A stretch of DNA of 64,000 bases, taken from assembly GCA_043228905.1 (NCBI GenBank), contig JBHGNT010000002.1:434001-498000 (forward strand). The letters run 5' to 3'. The stretch is from Azolla caroliniana. Taxonomy: Eukaryota > Plantae > Polypodiophyta. Below the pieces are notes generated by a model. It was not told the DNA's origin. It did not search any database and saw only the letters and a list, made by a program, of their open reading frames with translations. Shown one piece after another: positions 26,701 through 41,500 of this stretch (position 1 is its first letter; every line of letters begins with the position of its first letter). Made by a program: the position numbers and the translations under genes.

Positions 26701-29700
26701 TGTGGATATAGCATCTGCCCATCAGATGCCGTGCTTTTCGACCGTGTATGGTTCTTCTCAACCATTAGCATGGATTGCAAGTCGAAAAAGTTCGGGGGGA
26801 TCTCCCTTGTTGTTATGGCAGTTTGAAATGAGCCATATTTTTGTGCGAGGCCACCAAGGCAGATATGCACCATCTCGTCATCATCAACTGCGACATTGAT
26901 GGAGCCAAGTGAATCACATAAGTCTTTGATCCGGAGGGTATAGTCCGTCACGGACATATCCGCCTGCTGAATATTGTTCAACTCCGTTCTCGCTGTGGTT
27001 GAAGCCGCGAAAATCTTTTTCAATTTTTTCCACGCTTTTGTCGGGGCTTTATCATCTCGAATATAGCTTAACATGTGATCTTGCACACATGTTGCCAAAC
27101 AATACAATACCCTACTGGTGCCTTGCTGCCATGTGGGGTAGTTGGGATTTATAATATCGGGGGCTGTTTCTTGAGCTCCCTTGATATAACTCCAATACCC
27201 TTGCCCAACTAAGTATTGATGCATCTTATATTCCCAAGATGGTCCAACTTCTGCGCTACTCATTTGTGCATTCATCTTTTTGATTTAGCTTGATTTGTAT
27301 GCTCTTGTTAACGTGAGCCTCTTGCCGTGCAACACTACAACGACGATAGCCGGTTTGAAACAACGTCTCTAGCTGCTCACACAGTTTCAATGGTAGAGCT
27401 CAGTGAAGGATCTCTAACCCTCACGCTTTGATACCCCGTAAAGAATGTAACTCTATTAAGTTGAGTATTCAGAAGCGTAGTGTGTGTGTGAGAGAGTGGG
27501 TGTATAAGCAAGCAAGCAAGAAAGAAAGATATATTAACGTCTTTTAAGAGAAGAAATCAGAGAGAATAACCAGAAAAGAATAAGAAAATATACAGTAGGG
27601 GGATGACAGCTTATGCATTGAAGAGAGCTATATTAATTAACTATAGATCATCAACAAAACAGAATGGACAAAGGGGTTTTTATATACAAGTCCTCAAGGG
27701 ACTGCCATATTAAATGTGTTGGTGGAATCTAACCAAGATATTCACTTGAGTATGATTTTGTCATAAGAATACCTAATATTCTTTGATCACATTAACACTC
27801 GACAACTACACGGATTACAATAAAGTGTTCACACACTTTTTCACACATTGTCCTTTTCTTCATAAACATATGTTCACACAAGTTGAGCTTGATTCTCAAC
27901 AGTAAGGAGGCGCAATTTATTATAGACAAGAAGTACAAGAGCTGTAAGATTATGCCAAAGATTGCCATTGCCACTTGCTCAGCATCTAGCATCAATGCAG
28001 TTTGCAAGTTGCCTATCCTACATGTTCGCCATTTGGTTATAATGTGTAACTATTTCACCACAATAATGTAAACCCTAATAATGCTGCAAATGCAATAGTT
28101 ACAAATAATATCATGAATGTGATGTTAGTCTATGATACTATAGGTTGAGGCATTTGATATGATTAATGGGGTCACGAGTCTCATCCGCATGATTCTTGTC
28201 TTGAACCTTAATCAGATCATAATAATCTGTAACAAGTCCATACTAATGGGCGTTTTATTTGTCCACGATCGTATTTCTTGTTACACGATACAATTCACGT
28301 CTTGTTGCATGATATAGTGAACTTCCTCAAGGTACTGTTCTTCCTCACAAGAGAGGGAGAAAGAAAGATATGTAACGTCATTTTAGAGGTTGAAATAGCC
28401 TATAACATCAACAAGAGTTTCATCTTAAAACTGTTGTCTTTTGGAACAGAAAACCAAAATAATGTAACTAAATAAATAAGTAAATAAAAATATGATTGAC
28501 AAAGAATCCCATTATGTATACATGTAAGCTTCTCCAGTGAGATAGATTGTAATTTTAGTCTTCCAAAGAACTCTAGTGTAGGTTGATCCAGAATGGAGAT
28601 ATCTGAAGCCAGGAAGCACCTACAATTGTGGAAGATAATGTCTTTTATTTGTTGATAACAAGGGTGGCAAGATCGTAGTCCACAATGTTGATGCTTATGT
28701 GCACTAGAAATTGCTATTGCCCTATCTACTGTAACCTCTTTGTAACCTCTTTGCAATATCGTAGTTGGAAGCTCCTTGTGTAGCCCTTGATTGGCTTGTA
28801 GCATGAGTAGGAGTGATAGGGCTAAAGAAAATTGTGAATTTTCTTTGTTGATGAGCTTGTGTGCTTGTATTGTCGTCCAACAACTTCTCATTGTGTCTCT
28901 TGAGTTCTAGCAAGTACGCTCCCAAGCACCGTTGGTCCTCATATTCCATTACCTGAGTTAGTGGGTGAAATCCTTGTATTGTGGTCTGACAACTTCGCAT
29001 TGCGTCTCTTCAGTTGTAGCAAGTACGGTCCCAAGCACCATTGGTCCTCATATTCGATTATCTGGGTTAGTGGGTGAAATCCTTGATTAAAGACGCAATA
29101 ATATCTCCCTCATATTTCATAAAAAACAGTATGATGGAAAACATTGTGTTCTTCAAATTCCACTCCTTGAATGACACAATTGGCACATTCTTTATGCATC
29201 ATATTTGCCTATCTTTGGCACTTGGAACTGCAAATGTGCAGGGTGTCTTTCAAGAAGGGTGCCAAGGGCTGCATACCCATTGAGAGAGGGAGATAGACCA
29301 TAAGCTCATGCTTCATATTTTTGTGTTGGCATTGGGGTACTTGTGATCCAGAGCCTTCCCACCATTTTGTGGTGAAAATAAACAATGATACACTCTCAGA
29401 ATCTCGCTTCATTACAACAGAATGCTTTTAAGAACTAGTGACTCAAATTTATCATTAGTATTGCCTGCATGTAAAATTCAGTGAATTTGAAGATGGTATA
29501 TTTGTCATATGAAAGGAATGAGAACACAAACTCGAGCTGTTTAGCTTTGTCATCACAGTGGCATTCTACTTATCTAGAACCCCCCCTCCGGAACTCTCCT
29601 TTGTTGGAAAGAAAAATTAAAATAAGATGAAGGACCTTGAATAATAACTGAGTTTTGCTCCATCTTGTAGAAGCAACAATGTGGCAAAACCCAATGATCC

Positions 29701-32700
29701 AGTCTCACACACAGGGGGCAGATGTGGTCCCAAGAGGCTTTCCAGAACGCCCTAATGAACCTGATTGTGTCTACTACATTCGAACAGGCCAGTGTGCTTA
29801 TGGGATGGACTGCAAATTTAATCATCCACCTGACCGAAATATGGTACTTATTAATTGATTGGATCATAGCCTGTTGAATTAATGGTCATAACCCTGAATC
29901 AAAACTGTGAGAAAACATAGTTTATATAGTTTATGTTTGGTTGCCCGCCAGGCTACATCATTCGTGAGGGATAATGGAGAATATCCTGAACGCATTGGAC
30001 AACCAGAATGTCAGGTTTGTAATAATTAAGTGTTATGGAAACAATAGTTGTACTATTAAATACATATGTTTTTAATTTATTGAACTAATGATCTTGAATT
30101 AAGTTACAGTACTATATGAAAACGGGAATTTGCAAGTTTGGCTCCACCTGCAAATTTCACCATCCAAAGGAAAGGTTGGAGAGGATATCAACTAATGCTC
30201 TCGGCTTTCCTTTGCGTGAGGTGAGGAATATGGCGGTTTGATTTTTATATGTTTTATTGGTATTCCAATGTTTCTTGTTTGATGTCAAAAGAGTAGTTAT
30301 CTCCATTGCATAAATCTCAATCATGGTTTATATCCCTGAAAAGTCATAGTTTTCCATAAAAATTGTATCATATTGTACATCACCATACTATTGTGCATAT
30401 CTGTTGCAGAGTGACTGCAAATGCTGAGATTTTCCAAATAACAATTGTTTCATTCATAGCCTATAACTGGCTTGATCTGACTTTCTTTCTTGGGCGAGGC
30501 CTGAAAGAAAAGAAGCGCGCGTTAGGCAGGCAACAAGCCTGCCCTCGCAATTCCAGCCATAATCTGCGTATTTATAAAACAAAATAACTGCGCATATTGT
30601 GTTTCTCTTAGTTGATTGGTAGACTCATTTATTAATCTCATGGTTTTGCACTTCAATTTTAGTATCTTTATTTACTTATTTGCAAATTTGTAGTGGAGAT
30701 ATACAATACTATGGTGATTTATATTAAATTTCATCACCATAGTATTGTACATCTCCACGGCAGAGCTGCTGCCAATGCTGAGATTTCCAAAATTAGTTGT
30801 GTAGCTTGATTGAGTCATTATCCTGAGGTTTATTTTCAGTTATCAGATCAATTAATGATTCCTAATAAGACTCGGTGTTTGAAAAACTTGATTTTAATTT
30901 TTGACATTCAAAACTTGAAATCACTCCCAAATTATAAACTTGAAAGTAAAAAAGCTTCAACTTTGATGAAATCCTAGAACAAAGTCAATCACAACTTGAT
31001 CATTTTCCATTGAACAATTCGCTTTCAATGGTTTTTTGGGAAAAATGATTTTTTGTAGTAGTAAAAATTGTCCAGATTGAGACATGATTGAAGCTAATTA
31101 ATAATTATTTAGTCTGTTGCAGCTATTTTTTTCTATTGCAACTAATTAATATTTATTTAGTCTAAATATAGTCTATTGCATCTCTTTTTTCTGAGAGCTT
31201 CGGAGAAAAAAATGATCGCTAAAATTGAGTTCATCAAGCAAGATACCTAAATATCTAAATCCTGTCTCTTTTATATGGTATGTACATATGCTATAATTGA
31301 CAGTGGGTAGTCAATATTTAAATATCTGAATCCTCTGCTCCTTTAATATGGGGTACATATGATATAATCCTTTCGATGTGAATGGAAAAACATCATAATC
31401 AATGATAAGTAATCAATCTAATGTGCGAATCTATGCAAGGAAGCTGTTGCAAATAAGAGAACTTGTGTCTTTACATGAACATGGTCATTGATTTGATAGA
31501 GGTTTCTTATTCAAAACATTATAGCATTTCCTTTCTTATACAGAAATGAAGGCCACACTTTTCTCTCTTATACTAATAGGAAGTTCTCACTTTTTTTCTC
31601 TTTTGTCATTGAAAAGCTAACAGATCATTTAATCAAAAAATTAATGTTTGTGAAAACATGTCAAATTCTACTCCGAGTTCCACTTTTTAAGAGGCTGCTA
31701 ACCTTATGCTAGGCCTCTTTTGTATAGGAAGGTTGAAAAGGTGCTTAAATATATAAATGTCGCCCCAATACATTTATGATGATTTGTTCTCATCTATGTA
31801 TATCTATCTTACTAAGACTTCCTGCTAGAGTGATTGCTAATTGTACTTTATATTGATTGAATTTGTGTTAAGAGAGGTACCAAGTAGTGATCCGTTTCTT
31901 CCACCAACATTCACTCCTCAATTGATACATTTATTGATGAATCTCAAGGTGGACAATAATCTCATTGATCAGAATGTTGGATTTGTAATGATCATATAGG
32001 GGTGCAGGAGTTTTGTTCTCGTTTTTATAATCTTGTCTATAAATCCAAATAGGAGTATAGAATATTTCACTTATTTGGCCTTGTGATTATCTCTTCAGAA
32101 ACAAGCTGTATGAGTTAATGATAGCAATTTTGAATGTTTTCCTGATTTTCTGTATGGAGATGCTCCTTAATAGCATTTGCATTGGGAAATGTATAAGAAA
32201 GGCATTGCTGGAGATTAGTTATGAAATATTGTGATAATTTGGTATAACCTTTTTTCTCTTGCAATGAGTATATTCTAGTTTGGAAACAACTAAGTAAAAA
32301 AAGTAATAATCCAGCATTTCTAAAACGTTGGTGTAACTCAGAATTCATTTGGATTGCGCAGGGTGAAAAAGATTGTCCATATTATATGCGAACTGGATCA
32401 TGTAAATTTGCAGCAACTTGTAAATTTAACCATCCGGAACCTGCTGGAATTAATGCTTTGATGACAGTAACAGGATCTTCTGCGTATCCATCTAATGTCT
32501 CTGCAGGAGCACCTTCACCACATCCATTTCCCACAGGGGTGGCATCATGGTCACTACCTAGGGCACAGTATGTGCCAAGCTCCCGGTTTCAGAGACCTTC
32601 CAATTTTACTCCTTTGATCGTGCAACCCCAAAACATGGTTTCTGTACCTGGATGGAGTCCATATCAAGTAAGCCGTGCCATGTTATAAACTTTTGAGTTC

Positions 32701-35112
32701 ATGAAAAACTTGCATTTCTTAGTTTCGTGTCAAAATAATCTTGTACAAATGTTGAATTTCCTATGAATTAAGTTGGGGCAAAGAAGAAACTACAATGACT
32801 AGAGACTTATTATAACATGAGTGCAGTTTCAAAAATTCCATGAAATACAAACGTCTATAAATATTAATATTTGTAATCTTGCACCCATAGTCAAATTGCC
32901 ATAAACCTAAGGTAAAACAGCACAAAAATTGTTGAGACAGCAACAGATACAAAACCACTATAACACATGAAACAAAATTTCCTCTGCTTTATGGCTTGAG
33001 GAGACAGCACAAACATTGTTGAGACATCAACAGATAAGAAACCACTATAGCACATGAAACAAATTTTCCTCTGCTTTATGGCTTGAGGAGTTTCAAGCTA
33101 CTTAAATTTAGTGAAAGACACATACACAATATCTGATAGATATACGACATTATTGGGGTACCTTATGAGCCATGTATCCATGTAACTTGGGTGTTTGCTC
33201 ATACATGGACATCTCTCAAAGTTCAATTGATTGATTTAAAAATCTAAAGTCTCAAAAGATTGGATTCTGAAAGAAAAATTCAGGAGCATCTTCAGGGTAG
33301 GCTAATTTTATACATGAAATACAATCTTCTAAATATTATCCATATAAAATGGGAATTATAGGCACTTAATTAAGATGCTAACAATGCTATTTGGAATTAG
33401 GCCCGAATGGGCCCTGTGACTTCATTGGATGCCCAACAATCTCCACTTGGAAGAGCAAATCTGATATATGGAACGGCGTCATCGAACAATGAAGCGTCAT
33501 CTGGTAGTATTCATTCATCATACAATAGTTATGTGCTGGGGTCTGCTGCAACAGGTTTTCCCTCAGCCATACAATCAAATGTTATCTCTAAGGAAGCTGT
33601 GTTTCCAGAACGACCTGGCCAGCTTGATTGTCACTACTATATGAAAACAGGGGACTGTAAATATGGAATGACTTGCCGTTTTAATCATCCAAAGGAGAGG
33701 GCTTCAGCATTGCCCAACTGCACCCTTAGCCCCCTTGGCCTTCCATTACGACAAGTAAGCTCCTTAACATTTTTTTAAAATCTCAAAAATTTCAAAATGC
33801 CAATACATGTAATGCATGCAGTGCATCTTTTTTCTGTCTGATTTCTTTGCTACGAATATTTATCTTGTGAACACTCTTATTTTCCTACCAACCACTTAAT
33901 GTATTAGTTTGCATAATTCTTGCACGGTGATGCACCAAACCATTACCATCTTTGTCAGAATTGGCCAAATTGCATTATAGATGGAAAACTATTGGTGTAT
34001 ATGGTGTTTCTAGCTAAATTTAATTCTTTAATGATGTGTAAGAAATCATTAGCAAACCTGATCATGGTAGATTGGGGAACATCTTGGCACCTTATGCTGA
34101 TGCTAGAGGTTACCGCCAAAATGATGCGAAGGGTAAAGGTAATCCTTCGATATATAGCATCATGCAGTAGGTACTCACTGGGGTTGTCATAGCATTCAAA
34201 GTTTTTCTGAATAGATCTGTTGTATAGCATGTCCCATGTGTCTTTCCTTTATTTTGATTCTTTATAGAAACATGGACTAGTTCTCATCTAGGTAAAAACT
34301 GCAGTCTCCAAATGTCTATCCTGTGATAAACATTAGAGGTTCATCTAGATATGAGTAAAATATAGTTCACGTGACTTCCTGGTAGGTGTATGGAAACTCA
34401 TGATTTGTAATCGGGGATTTCATGGTTTGATTTACAACTATGTTGACTAGACTCCATGTGGAAAGTATTGACAAATTTAATAGCATCTTTACTTAAACAG
34501 ATACATATAATGTCCTTGATTTGTTGAACGTTTTTTTAAAAACTTAACCTCTTCAAGTCCTTTACAAAATGAAATTGTATGATTTCTAATACAAATCTGT
34601 GAACAATTATATTTTCTTTTTGGTATCCTTGAATAAAAAAAAGGATTTTCCTCTGTGATTAAATATGGATTTTAATGTTTTGGCAATCCTTTTTCTATCT
34701 TTGGAAGGGTGCTACACAGTGTGCATTCTACATGCAGTATGGTACATGCAAATACGGTAGCACTTGCAAGTTTGACCACCCTATTACCAATAACCTGACA
34801 TACAGCTCCTCAACCTCATCACTGACAGAACTAACCTTAACTCCTTATCCGGTGGGAATGTCAGTTGCAACTTTTCTACCTGCTTTAAACAATGGAGCCA
34901 AGATGATGTACCCTAAAGTTGTTTCAAATAGAAATACAGATAAACAGCAGCAAGTATATGACGATGATTCATTTGGTGATGATAATGGAGATGGCAGCAA
35001 TGGAACTCGGTCAGGAACTGCAGGTTCAAACAGGTCATCCAGTGCAGACTCTTTGGATATGAGGGGTCATGAGTCTATCCAAGTTGCCACTAATATGAGT
35101 GCATCCTCATAA
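20791..35112 (+). CDS. CCCH zinc-finger RNA-binding protein with five C-x8-C-x5-C-x3-H fingers (ZFN/HUA1-like family), 7 exons
   Basis: Phase-consistent GT-AG exons: 20791-21058, 29671-29843, 29952-30014, 30110-30220, 32362-32667, 33401-33754, 34708-35112. Fingers such as [30 protein letters not shown] in a 3+2 arrangement. N-terminal poly-Q. Confidence 0.93.
21350..22960 (-). mobile_element. Possible very old LINE ORF2 remnant in CCCH intron 1
   Basis: Scattered minus-strand peptides 'EGLEINFL...WDIV' and 'KYFGV' in LINE order; heavily decayed. Confidence 0.35.
24545..27437 (-). mobile_element. Truncated, decayed Ty1/Copia retrotransposon (gag-PR-GAG-pre-IN-IN, ending at RT start) in CCCH intron 1
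   Basis: Gag UBN2-like ORF 26418-27275; protease [12 protein letters not shown]; integrase [32 protein letters not shown]; SH3-like KGYKCFNP...SRDVVFDE; RT start EPETYKEA...TW. Many stops and frameshifts. tRNAiMet-like PBS (GGGTATCAAAGC, minus strand) at ~27424-27435. Confidence 0.92.
28880..29087. repeat. ~110-bp tandem duplication, possibly within a LINE 3' remnant
   Basis: Two copies of 'caacttc.cattg.gtctctt...cccaagcacc.ttggtcctcatattc.atta.ctg.gttagtgggtgaaatccttg'. Confidence 0.8.
32915..33090. repeat. ~88-bp tandem duplication in CCCH intron 5
   Basis: Two copies of 'acagcacaaa.attgttgagaca.caacagata...accacta...cacatgaaacaaa.tttcctctgctttatggcttgaggag'. Confidence 0.85.
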
Positions 35113-38100
35113 AGGAGTTTGCTTTTTTATTTATTATTTCTCATTAATGGGCAGGTAATTATAGTTTTCAAAGCTCTATCATGCTCGGACTTTCCTCATA
35201 AAGTGACCCAACTGTTGGCAACAGCTCTTCCACTACACATGATAATGATGTGATCATTGCAGAATTTCCTTGCAAATATCCTTTATTTTCCAATGTTCAT
35301 ATATATTTTTATATATACATCCTGCCCCAAAACATGCCAGTTTCTGGTCGCTGGTGTAGCTTCCTCGGTTACTCGCTTTCAAATGGATATGGACACCTTA
35401 GGGCCTCTTGGCTCACAAATAATGCTTATGTTCAAATGCTCTCATCCATGACAAGACACGGAAAAGAGTTGTTCGGATATATACATACGTCTAATGTATC
35501 CAACTAAATAATGTCATCATCGCATGTACTGTTGCTCCTCACTATTATGAATGTTGTATGATAAAAGTTTTTAATACAAGAATCCACATTGAAAAACTAA
35601 TTAGGTTTGTTTTGAGAGATTAACTCGCTCGTGCTAGCCAAGGTGTTTGCAAAACCTTGATAGCCATTATAAAAGTAAATCTTCGTGAATGAATATGACT
35701 TCAGGATGCATGTTGCCAAACAGAAAACATATATGAATTTCCATGGCAATAGTTTTTTAAGCTAACTCTTATGGGTCAAATCCAAGACTGAAGAATACAG
35801 TAGAATGTATTCCAGCTGTTGAAATCCGAAATTCAATGGTTCACAAATTTGTTATAACTTTATTAAGAGTGAACTAGTAATAAATGATATAATGATTTCA
35901 TTCAGTAACAATCCTCACATGTTCATCAAATGTGAAGCTCTTGTAACACAACATCTAAAGTGCATGGGGCGTTATGTTTGCAAGGATATTTGAGGTGTTG
36001 AGAAAATTATTCCTGCCTGTGTGTATTGTATCCTCGAAGAAGGAATTGATTCATCATGTATATGCAAAGAGAAAATCATGAACCTATTGACTTTTTCTGA
36101 GTGCAAATCTGAAAGTTTATCATAGCATCAGGTAGATTGATAAAAGAGAGACATCGATATAAATTCTGCGTGTATATAAGAAAAGGAGGCTATCCTATTG
36201 GAGTGGGAGTGAGTTGGGAGATCTACAATCTTGCCTCAACATCGAGATTATTTACTGCCTACTGAGCACATCTTTACGTTAAGAACAGTGAGGGAGATTA
36301 AAGTGTGACCGCAAAGCTCCTTATGGTTAAAGAATGTGCATGAGGGAGAAAACTTCAAGTGTTTTGCTTAAGAATAGCACATGAGAAATTAAGCTTGTAC
36401 CAGCGTCGGTGGAAACGATAAAGATGTTTTGTGCTCACTGAAGTTCAAGCTAAGGAATTTAGTTCATAGAAATGTAAATAACTAAAGTAATGGGGCTTAG
36501 CCATGGGGATGATATATCAAAGGGCTTCATGCTGCCTGATAAGATATATAGGAAAATATAAAATTTGACAGCATATTACAAAAAATATATCACCAACATT
36601 AGAGCTATTGATAACGACGATGCAAAAGTTACAAGCCATGATGATGTGGTAGTGGAAGTACCGGCTTCCCTATTTTCAGCATGCTTGTTTTGAGGTTCAG
36701 GTTCATGCCTTCTTGAATGGCCGTATGCAGATCCATTCAAATCATCCCGTTTGGTCAAATAACAGCTATCTGTTTAGGCTTTCAAAGCCTAAAATCCATC
36801 TTATGTTTCTTTCTCCTCGAAATCAATCATCTAATTGTGGCAACATGGGAGCTGTTCCAGAAAATTAATGCATAGAAAATCCTTGTCAAGGAGAGGTTCC
36901 GTGTAGGGATTAGTTCAATTAAATGATGAGCCTAAGGCGGCCGAGTGCAATACATAGCTCCAAACATTGGGTTAGGAGGCATGAGATCATTAGTTGAGAA
37001 GCTGAAGAGGAAACATCGAGGTATCGGCTCGTAGGAGGCTCGTAGGAGAGACAATCCATCGTTCTGACTAATACTAAAACTTTCGCATTACCAGAATGCA
37101 GACATACGTTATTGCAGTTCTCAACCACGTGTTTGTCTAAAACATTTCAGAATGTAAGAATGAAGCCTACAGTGGGCATATCCATCTTTCTCTTGACACA
37201 TTTCATGCTATCCCTATTCCATTAGATGTGGAAGGCGTACTGTAGAAATTAAATGAACTGATATGTAACCATCTTCTAATGGCCAAAATGACCAATGAGA
37301 CCAAACAAATTATATCCGACGAAATTTTGATACGGTGTGTTATAAAATGGTTAAAAAACGAAGAAAAGAAATTCTACTTACAGTAAACAGAAATCCTGGT
37401 AGAACCGTAGTACTACAACTACTGATACAAAAATGAGGGGAACTGTCTCATGATAATAACCCACATGGATCTCTCTATAGTGACAACAACATCTTCCAAG
37501 GTAAGATGTTCAATTGAGTGTGCTCAGTGAGTCAGTTGTGCACGATGAGGACCTCATCTGTCGATACAATTGCTGTTTATGGTAGTGAAGAGCCATACAC
37601 CATACATCATGGAGAACAATCAACGGATAACATGGCCTCAAATGAAGCTGATTTTCAATACATCCAAGATTCTAGACCCATTGAAGATTTTAAAGAAAAT
37701 TGGAATTTTCAATGCATCAGGATAACTTCAAGCTATCTAAGATTTTTCAAAATAAGTTCTAGAATTCACAAAGGTTGTGTTATGAAAAAGCAGCTCTAAT
37801 TCCAGGATAGATACAGAAGTTATTACATTTAGACAGATCATATTATAAAATACAGACAAATGTTACCACATTAGGCAGACCCCGTTCGAAAATATGGACA
37901 AGTTACCAGATTAAGACATATCCATTATATATCGAGAGCTTGTGTTGGCCTAATGAAGTTGAGCATGACGCTTGGAAATATATGCTCTACTTCCATAACA
38001 AACCCAACTTCATCTCATTTTCTAGTTGTTTCATTTCAAAGAGCAAACACAATTGAATATTGTATTTCCATGAAACGAAAATTTTCCACAATAACTCATT

Positions 38101-38559
38101 TCTTATCTCAATCTCTAGAGACAGCTCTAATATCCAGAGATTCTGTGATGCTTCATCACCAAGACTCTTATTAACAACATCCCACACTGGATGAATAACC
38201 AATACACCAACCAGGCACAGCCCCGTGAACAGCAAGTTTTATTTATGCACAACATGTCTAACCCTTTTATTCCCAAGGTTTCAAGTGTAATCTGCACAAA
38301 AGCAAATACCACATTAAAAAACCTGGATATGGACTCTGTATTGTTTACTTGAATCTTGTGCTTTGATATGTGTAAGGCGGCAGAATGGCAATATTATGAA
38401 TCTGCACGTCCTGATGATATGTATATGCATGCGTTAGCCGTATTAATCGAGGCATACGTTGTAACCAAGTTCTCACCATGGACACAACACATTCTCCTTT
38501 TTTATATCTGGAAGGGCCTATACCGAATTCAAATCTGGGAAATGACCACGTGCGTTATT

Positions 38560-41500
38560 CTATATTCTCAAAGCCTCAGCTCCATCTAGCTCTGTTTGAA
38601 ATCCAGCTGCTGCATATATATTTTCCATGAAGACATATGTACGTCCACAATTTTCATCCAACTGCACTGATTTCTCAAATACCCATCTCCCCAGCTGCAT
38701 ATTTTCAGATTTTCTACAAGCACCCAACATAGCAATGAATAGTGGGAGATGGCCAGAATGTGACACCTCGTCGAGAAAGGATGTTGCCTTTCCCAAGTGC
38801 CCTGCACGGCCAAATAAATCAATCATACAGGTGTAATGTTCTAGGGTCGGCTTGAGACAATAAACAGCACGCATTTCATTAAATAACTTTTCCCCCTCCT
38901 TCAATAGACCTGCATGACTACATGCAGAAAGCAAATGAGTGAAGGTGATCAAATTTGGCTCTGCACCTTCTGACCTCATTTTCATATACATGTCTAATAC
39001 CATGTTAGCTTGTCCTAACTGAGCATATCCATCAATCAGGGAATTCCACGCCATAATGTCACCTGCAGGAAGCTCTTCGAACACTTCTCGTGCTTTCTTA
39101 GGTGCACCACACTTTGAATACATACCAACCAATGTAGTGCAAAGCTCAGTATCCTTCTGCAATAATCCTTGCTTTCTGATTTGAATATGTATATCTTCCC
39201 CAACCTCTAGGGACCCAACTAAGCCACAAGCTTTGAGAATGCAGAGATAAGTTACTGCAGTGGGGCAGATTCCCAGATCTTGCATTTGCCTGAAGAAGTT
39301 TAATGCTTCCTCACCGAACCCATGTTGGGTATATCCAGTAAGCAGGGCATTCCAAGAGACAGGATCCTGCTTAGGGAGCATCTGAAACACTTCTTGTGCT
39401 TTCTCCAATGCACCACATTTGGAATACATGTCCACCAAGGCAGTGCTAAGCATGATGCTTTTCTGTAATAACCCTTGCTTTCTGACCTCGACATCAATAT
39501 CTTGCCCAAACTCTAGACATCCAAGGATGCTACAAGCTTTTAAACTGCAGATATAACTTACCACATCTGGGTAAACTCCCTCATTTTGCATTTGTCTAAA
39601 ACACCTCAGTGCTTCTTCACCAAGCCCATTCTGAGCATATCCAGCAATCATTGCATTCCAGGACACAACATCTCGTACTGGAAGCTGTTCAAATACTTCT
39701 CGTGCTTTATCCAATTTACCACATTTAGAGTACATGTCCAATAATGCAGTGCCAAGCACAATGTTTTTCTGCAATAACCCTTGCTTCCTAACCTGAGTGT
39801 CTATATCTTCCCCAACCTCGATAGACCTAACAATGCTAGATGCTTTCAAAATGCAGACATATGTTACAACATCGGGACGGATTCCCTTATCGTGCATTGA
39901 CCTAAAACAATTCAATGCTTCTTGACCCAGCCCATGCTCACAATATCCAGTGAGCAAGGCATTCCAAGGTATGACATCCTGAACTAGAAGTTTTTCACAT
40001 ACTTCTTGTGCTTTCTCCAATGCACCAAACTTGGAATACATGTCCACCAATGCAGTGTTAAGCACCACATTTTTTTGCAATAACCCTTGCTTTCTGATTT
40101 TGGTATTGATCTCCTCCCCAACCTCTAAGGAACCAACAATGCCACAAGATTTCAAAATGCAGGCATAAGTTATGGCATCTGGATTAACTCCCTCATCTTC
40201 CATCTGTCTGAAACATTTTATCACTTCACCATCAAGCCCATGCCGGGCACATCCAGTGATCATGATATTCCAAGACACAACATCATGCACAGGAAGTTGT
40301 TCAAACAGTTCTCGTGCTTTCTCCAATGCATCACATTTAGAATACATGTCCATCAATGTATTGCTAAGCACGATATCTTTATACAATAAACCTTTTTTAC
40401 GAACCTCAGCATCAATGTATTCTCCAACCTGTAGAGAGCTGGCAATGCCACAAGCTTTCAAAACACAGATGTACGTTACTGCATTCGGATAGACTCTGGC
40501 ATCTTGCATCTGCCTGAAGCATTTCAGTCCTTCACAACCAAGGCCACTTTGAACATATCCACTGATCAGAGAATTCCAAGTTACAACATTCCGATTTGGA
40601 AGATGCTCAAACACTTCCTGTGCTTTCATTAGGGCACCACACTTGCAATACATCCCCACTAATGTATTGCCCAACATAACATCTTTGTGCAGTAACCCTT
40701 GCTTTCTAATCTCAGCGTCTATCTCTTCCCCAACCTTTAGATATTGACCAATGCCACAAGCTTTCAAAACAAAGATATAAGTTACTATATCAGGCCGAAC
40801 TCTTGCCTCTTGCATATTCTTGAAGCATTTCAAAGCTTTATCACTGAGACCGTGTTGGGTATATCCAGTAATTAGGGCATTCCAACACGTAACATCTCTT
40901 GTCTGAAGCCTTTCAAACACATCTTGTGCTTTGTCTAAAGCGCCACATTTGGCATATTTTGAAATCAAAGCAGCAGCAATGTCAGGATTGTACTTAATCA
41001 AGTCTTTCTTGACAATATCAGTATGTATCCTTTTTACTCTCCATATGTTATTTCCTTTTCTACAGGACCTTATCTCATTCAGAAGCTTAATTCGATCCTG
41101 AAACCCTACAGCAAGCAATTTACCAAAAGCAGTATTCCAGTAAAAAGGGTCATTATTCACTACAACAATGGACAAATTCTTGAGCTTGCTGGTTGGAAAT
41201 ATGAATAAAGGGAACAGGTTCAGCAGAAATGGAAAAAAAAACTCTACTAAATCCCTGTACATTTGTAGTTCTTTCAAATGATTTCATAGTATTTTAGGCA
41301 TGCAAATGAAATTCTAGAATTCTGGTTGAGATTTGGATGTTCAGGCACAAAATTTACTATTAATTCATGCATACAAGGTAATTCATTTGATGTTCAGGCA
41401 AAAATTTTACAATTAATTCATGCATATAAGGTAATTCAAAATTGATCCTAAAAATGTGTGGTGTTTTCTCATCGTTACTCTGCTAGATTCTGCATGAAAA

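Noticed and set aside
37987-38312. Downstream minus-strand ORFs ('SRGCAWL') as an E+/DYW exon of the first PPR
   Set aside because: No HxE or CxxC deaminase motifs, and they lie beyond an in-frame stop.
41106-41277. First 57 aa of the 905-aa PPR ORF
   Set aside because: Non-ATG start in AT-rich sequence upstream of a good splice acceptor; better explained as intron.
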